A stretch of DNA of 53,208 nt, from the NCBI GenBank assembly GCA_002633005.1, contig NMRA01000496.1:74108-127315 (forward strand), in the 5' to 3' direction. The notes below the pieces were generated by a model, which was not told the origin of the DNA, did not search any database, and saw only the letters and a list, made by a program, of their open reading frames with translations. Shown here in pieces: positions 51,105-53,208 of this stretch (position 1 is the stretch's first letter; the number at the start of each line of letters is the position of its first letter). The stretch comes from Phoronis australis. Lineage: Eukaryota; Animalia; Phoronida. Made by a program: the position numbers and the translations under genes.

Positions 51105-51320
51105 ATGGTGAAACGGTGTTGGTATGGCGTGTGTATTTCTGACTGCCGTTATACAGCTAAAAAAGAATATCCCGTCATTTTTTGGGCATTCCCTAAGCCG
51201 AAAACTGTCGACTGTGTAAACTGTGGATCAAACTGTGAACGGCCACACGACACACGAGCAGCTAAACTTAATAATGTTGCTGGATTACTCGAAAGTCAAA
51301 CACAAATACATTTGTTCCAA
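51105..51320 (+). pseudogene. THAP-like transposase N-terminus remnant in an APEH intron
   Basis: MVKRCWYGVCISDCRY...VIFWAFPKPKT, then frameshifted CKLWIKL / RPH / KYICSK. Confidence 0.65.
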
Positions 51321-52745
51321 GATAAGTACTTTTCAGGTGCCTATGCTGTAGGCCTATCTGATTTTGACTACGGAGTTTCACTCGTGTAGGGGCCTCTGTC
51401 TCGGCATCCGAGCTCAAGTCCCAGCACTGGTCTAGCGGTAGTCCCCGGAAAGTTGTTTGTAAGGACATTTTTAATATTTATCATTTATTTCGACCTATAA
51501 TGGACATTGTTCTGTTTCGTAGCACAGGTACAGTTTTTGTTATTCATACATGTATACCCGTAGGCTGGCGTTCAACTGAACTTCTTACTTAAGTTGATAG
51601 ATTCGATCGGCACATGCTAGGAAGGCACTAAGTTACTGAACTCAAAGCTTCGTTCGAGCTGTTGTCACTAAAAAATCAACAGTTAAATTACTTTTTGGTG
51701 AGAACGTCTAGTATACACTACGCCTGTAGAGTTAATGAGAGCTCATTTTTAGTTTTTCAAACACGTTACGTGGATTTATGAAGCTTTAAAATACAATTTT
51801 TGTTATTTTTGTAAATTACCACTTTTTGCCACTACACCAGACTCGCCATCTTTTGTTACCACACCACAGCTTTGTGATCATGCTACGTTTAAAATTAAAT
51901 GCAAACTACCTTTATGCAATGAAACTACAAAAATATGAAGCCCAACTTAATTCTTTATGGTGCATTGAATTACGGCCAATTCCATGCGGTAATTTGACTT
52001 TTGGACACAGCCCTAGACCTACCGGAGCTAACTGCTTGCCTAGGATAAGATGAGTATGTTCCTGAGCTACCAACCTGATTTTTTAAACAAAATATTTTGC
52101 ACGAAAATCAAAAAAGTAACTATAAACAGTGCTACTGACTAGACCTACTTTACTTGGAGAATACAATGAGCTGTGACCTACTCATTTGGCGGAATTTCGC
52201 AGACGGCAGAATAAAAATATCGGCGAATCTTCACTGATTTTGTTCGAAATATCCTGAAATCTATGGCATCGCACAGGTAATGCGACTTAAAGGTAAATAC
52301 CCAGCTTTATATGAACATACATGTATCGGATCAGTGGCTTTGTCAGTTTTCAAGTGAAGGTGAACCCCGTGTGGGGTTCTTCGGATTTTCGCTGGCTCCA
52401 AAGTACTTAATTTGTTTCATCGTCGCAGCATTACAAATTCCCAAGTCATGAACATACGATTCTCTTCTGAAAAGTATCGCCTCTTGTCTTTGTCAAAGCG
52501 TTTTCGGAAAGTGCAAAAACGCCGTTCAATTCCACTAGGAACGTCGTTTAGCGACTGTGTTTTGCCTCTGACATCTTGCTTGTTTGTCGGGTGTCACGTG
52601 ACTTTTCGCAAGCAGTCGGGGCTTGCCATAGGTCAATTCTGAGTTTGAACGAAGCCGCCATTTTGGATAATAATAACTCTGAAATAAACAGCGCAGGGAT
52701 TGTGCAAGTCGAAAAATTTCGAATTTTACAAAATAGCAACAGTCT

Positions 52746-52931
52746 GTGCTAGGGAAAAGTATTCATGAGGATCGGAGTGGCTACATCCCGGGAAGGAACT
52801 TGGCTGATAACATTCGTGTGCTATACGATCTGTTCTATTATTCCCACAAGATTCAAATTCCTGGACTATTACTTCTTATAGATTTTGAAAAACCTTTTGA
52901 CTCTTTGTCTTGGCGTTTCATTGAAAAAGCT
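52746..52931 (+). mobile_element. Tx1/L1-clade LINE reverse transcriptase fragment
   Basis: IHEDRSGYIPGRNLADNIRVLYD...GLLLLIDFEKPFDSLSWRFI matches the IH.DQ.GF..GR...DNIR...LL.IDFEKAFD RT motif. Confidence 0.85.
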
Positions 52932-53208
52932 TATTGCGGTAACTTGGTTAGTAAAGTCAGAGAGAAAACTAGCCACGTCTGACAACAACCATGTTTTTAT
53001 TACCCAACATCCTTAGCTACACCACACCAGAGACACCAAGTGTCGAACAAGTACACTAGACGCAATCAAGATACTGCATCCCTCCCTTCCTAAGTCTAAA
53101 CTTAACTCTACTTATGAGTTACACACTAAACACAAGAGTCAAAGTGCTCTACAAGTCAAGTCTATCAGGAGCCTTCACAGTCCGTTGTGAGCGACGAACA
53201 ACTGGTGT

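Overview
Eukaryotic, AT-rich, intron-containing genomic DNA. The repeat repertoire suggests a marine invertebrate such as a mollusc (inference only). No prokaryotic genes, rRNA or CRISPR array were seen, and almost all ORFs in the supplied track are spurious. Two host genes point away from each other. A probable first coding exon lies on the minus strand at 1427-1492. The 5' six coding exons of an acylamino-acid-releasing enzyme (APEH) homologue lie on the plus strand at 45353-50928, and that gene continues beyond the window. The ~44 kb between them is a transposon graveyard: four Kolobok-type elements (THAP/transposase plus a convergent P2X7-tail-like KolX gene), an ISL2EU/PHIS-like element (SAP-YqaJ gene plus THAP/HTH transposase), a probable EnSpm/CACTA element, DIRS/Ngaro remnants, RTEX/L2-like and Tx1/L1-like LINE fragments, MITEs, a Helentron/HINE-like unit, tRNA-derived SINE heads and minisatellites. 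The most unusual signals are two-gene DNA transposons whose exons are interleaved or scrambled across both strands, and repeated mini-Kolobok elements that keep only the two convergent first exons. Several apparent tandem duplications are split by a single N and are probably assembly artefacts. All protein calls come from manual translation and remembered family motifs, not database searches.
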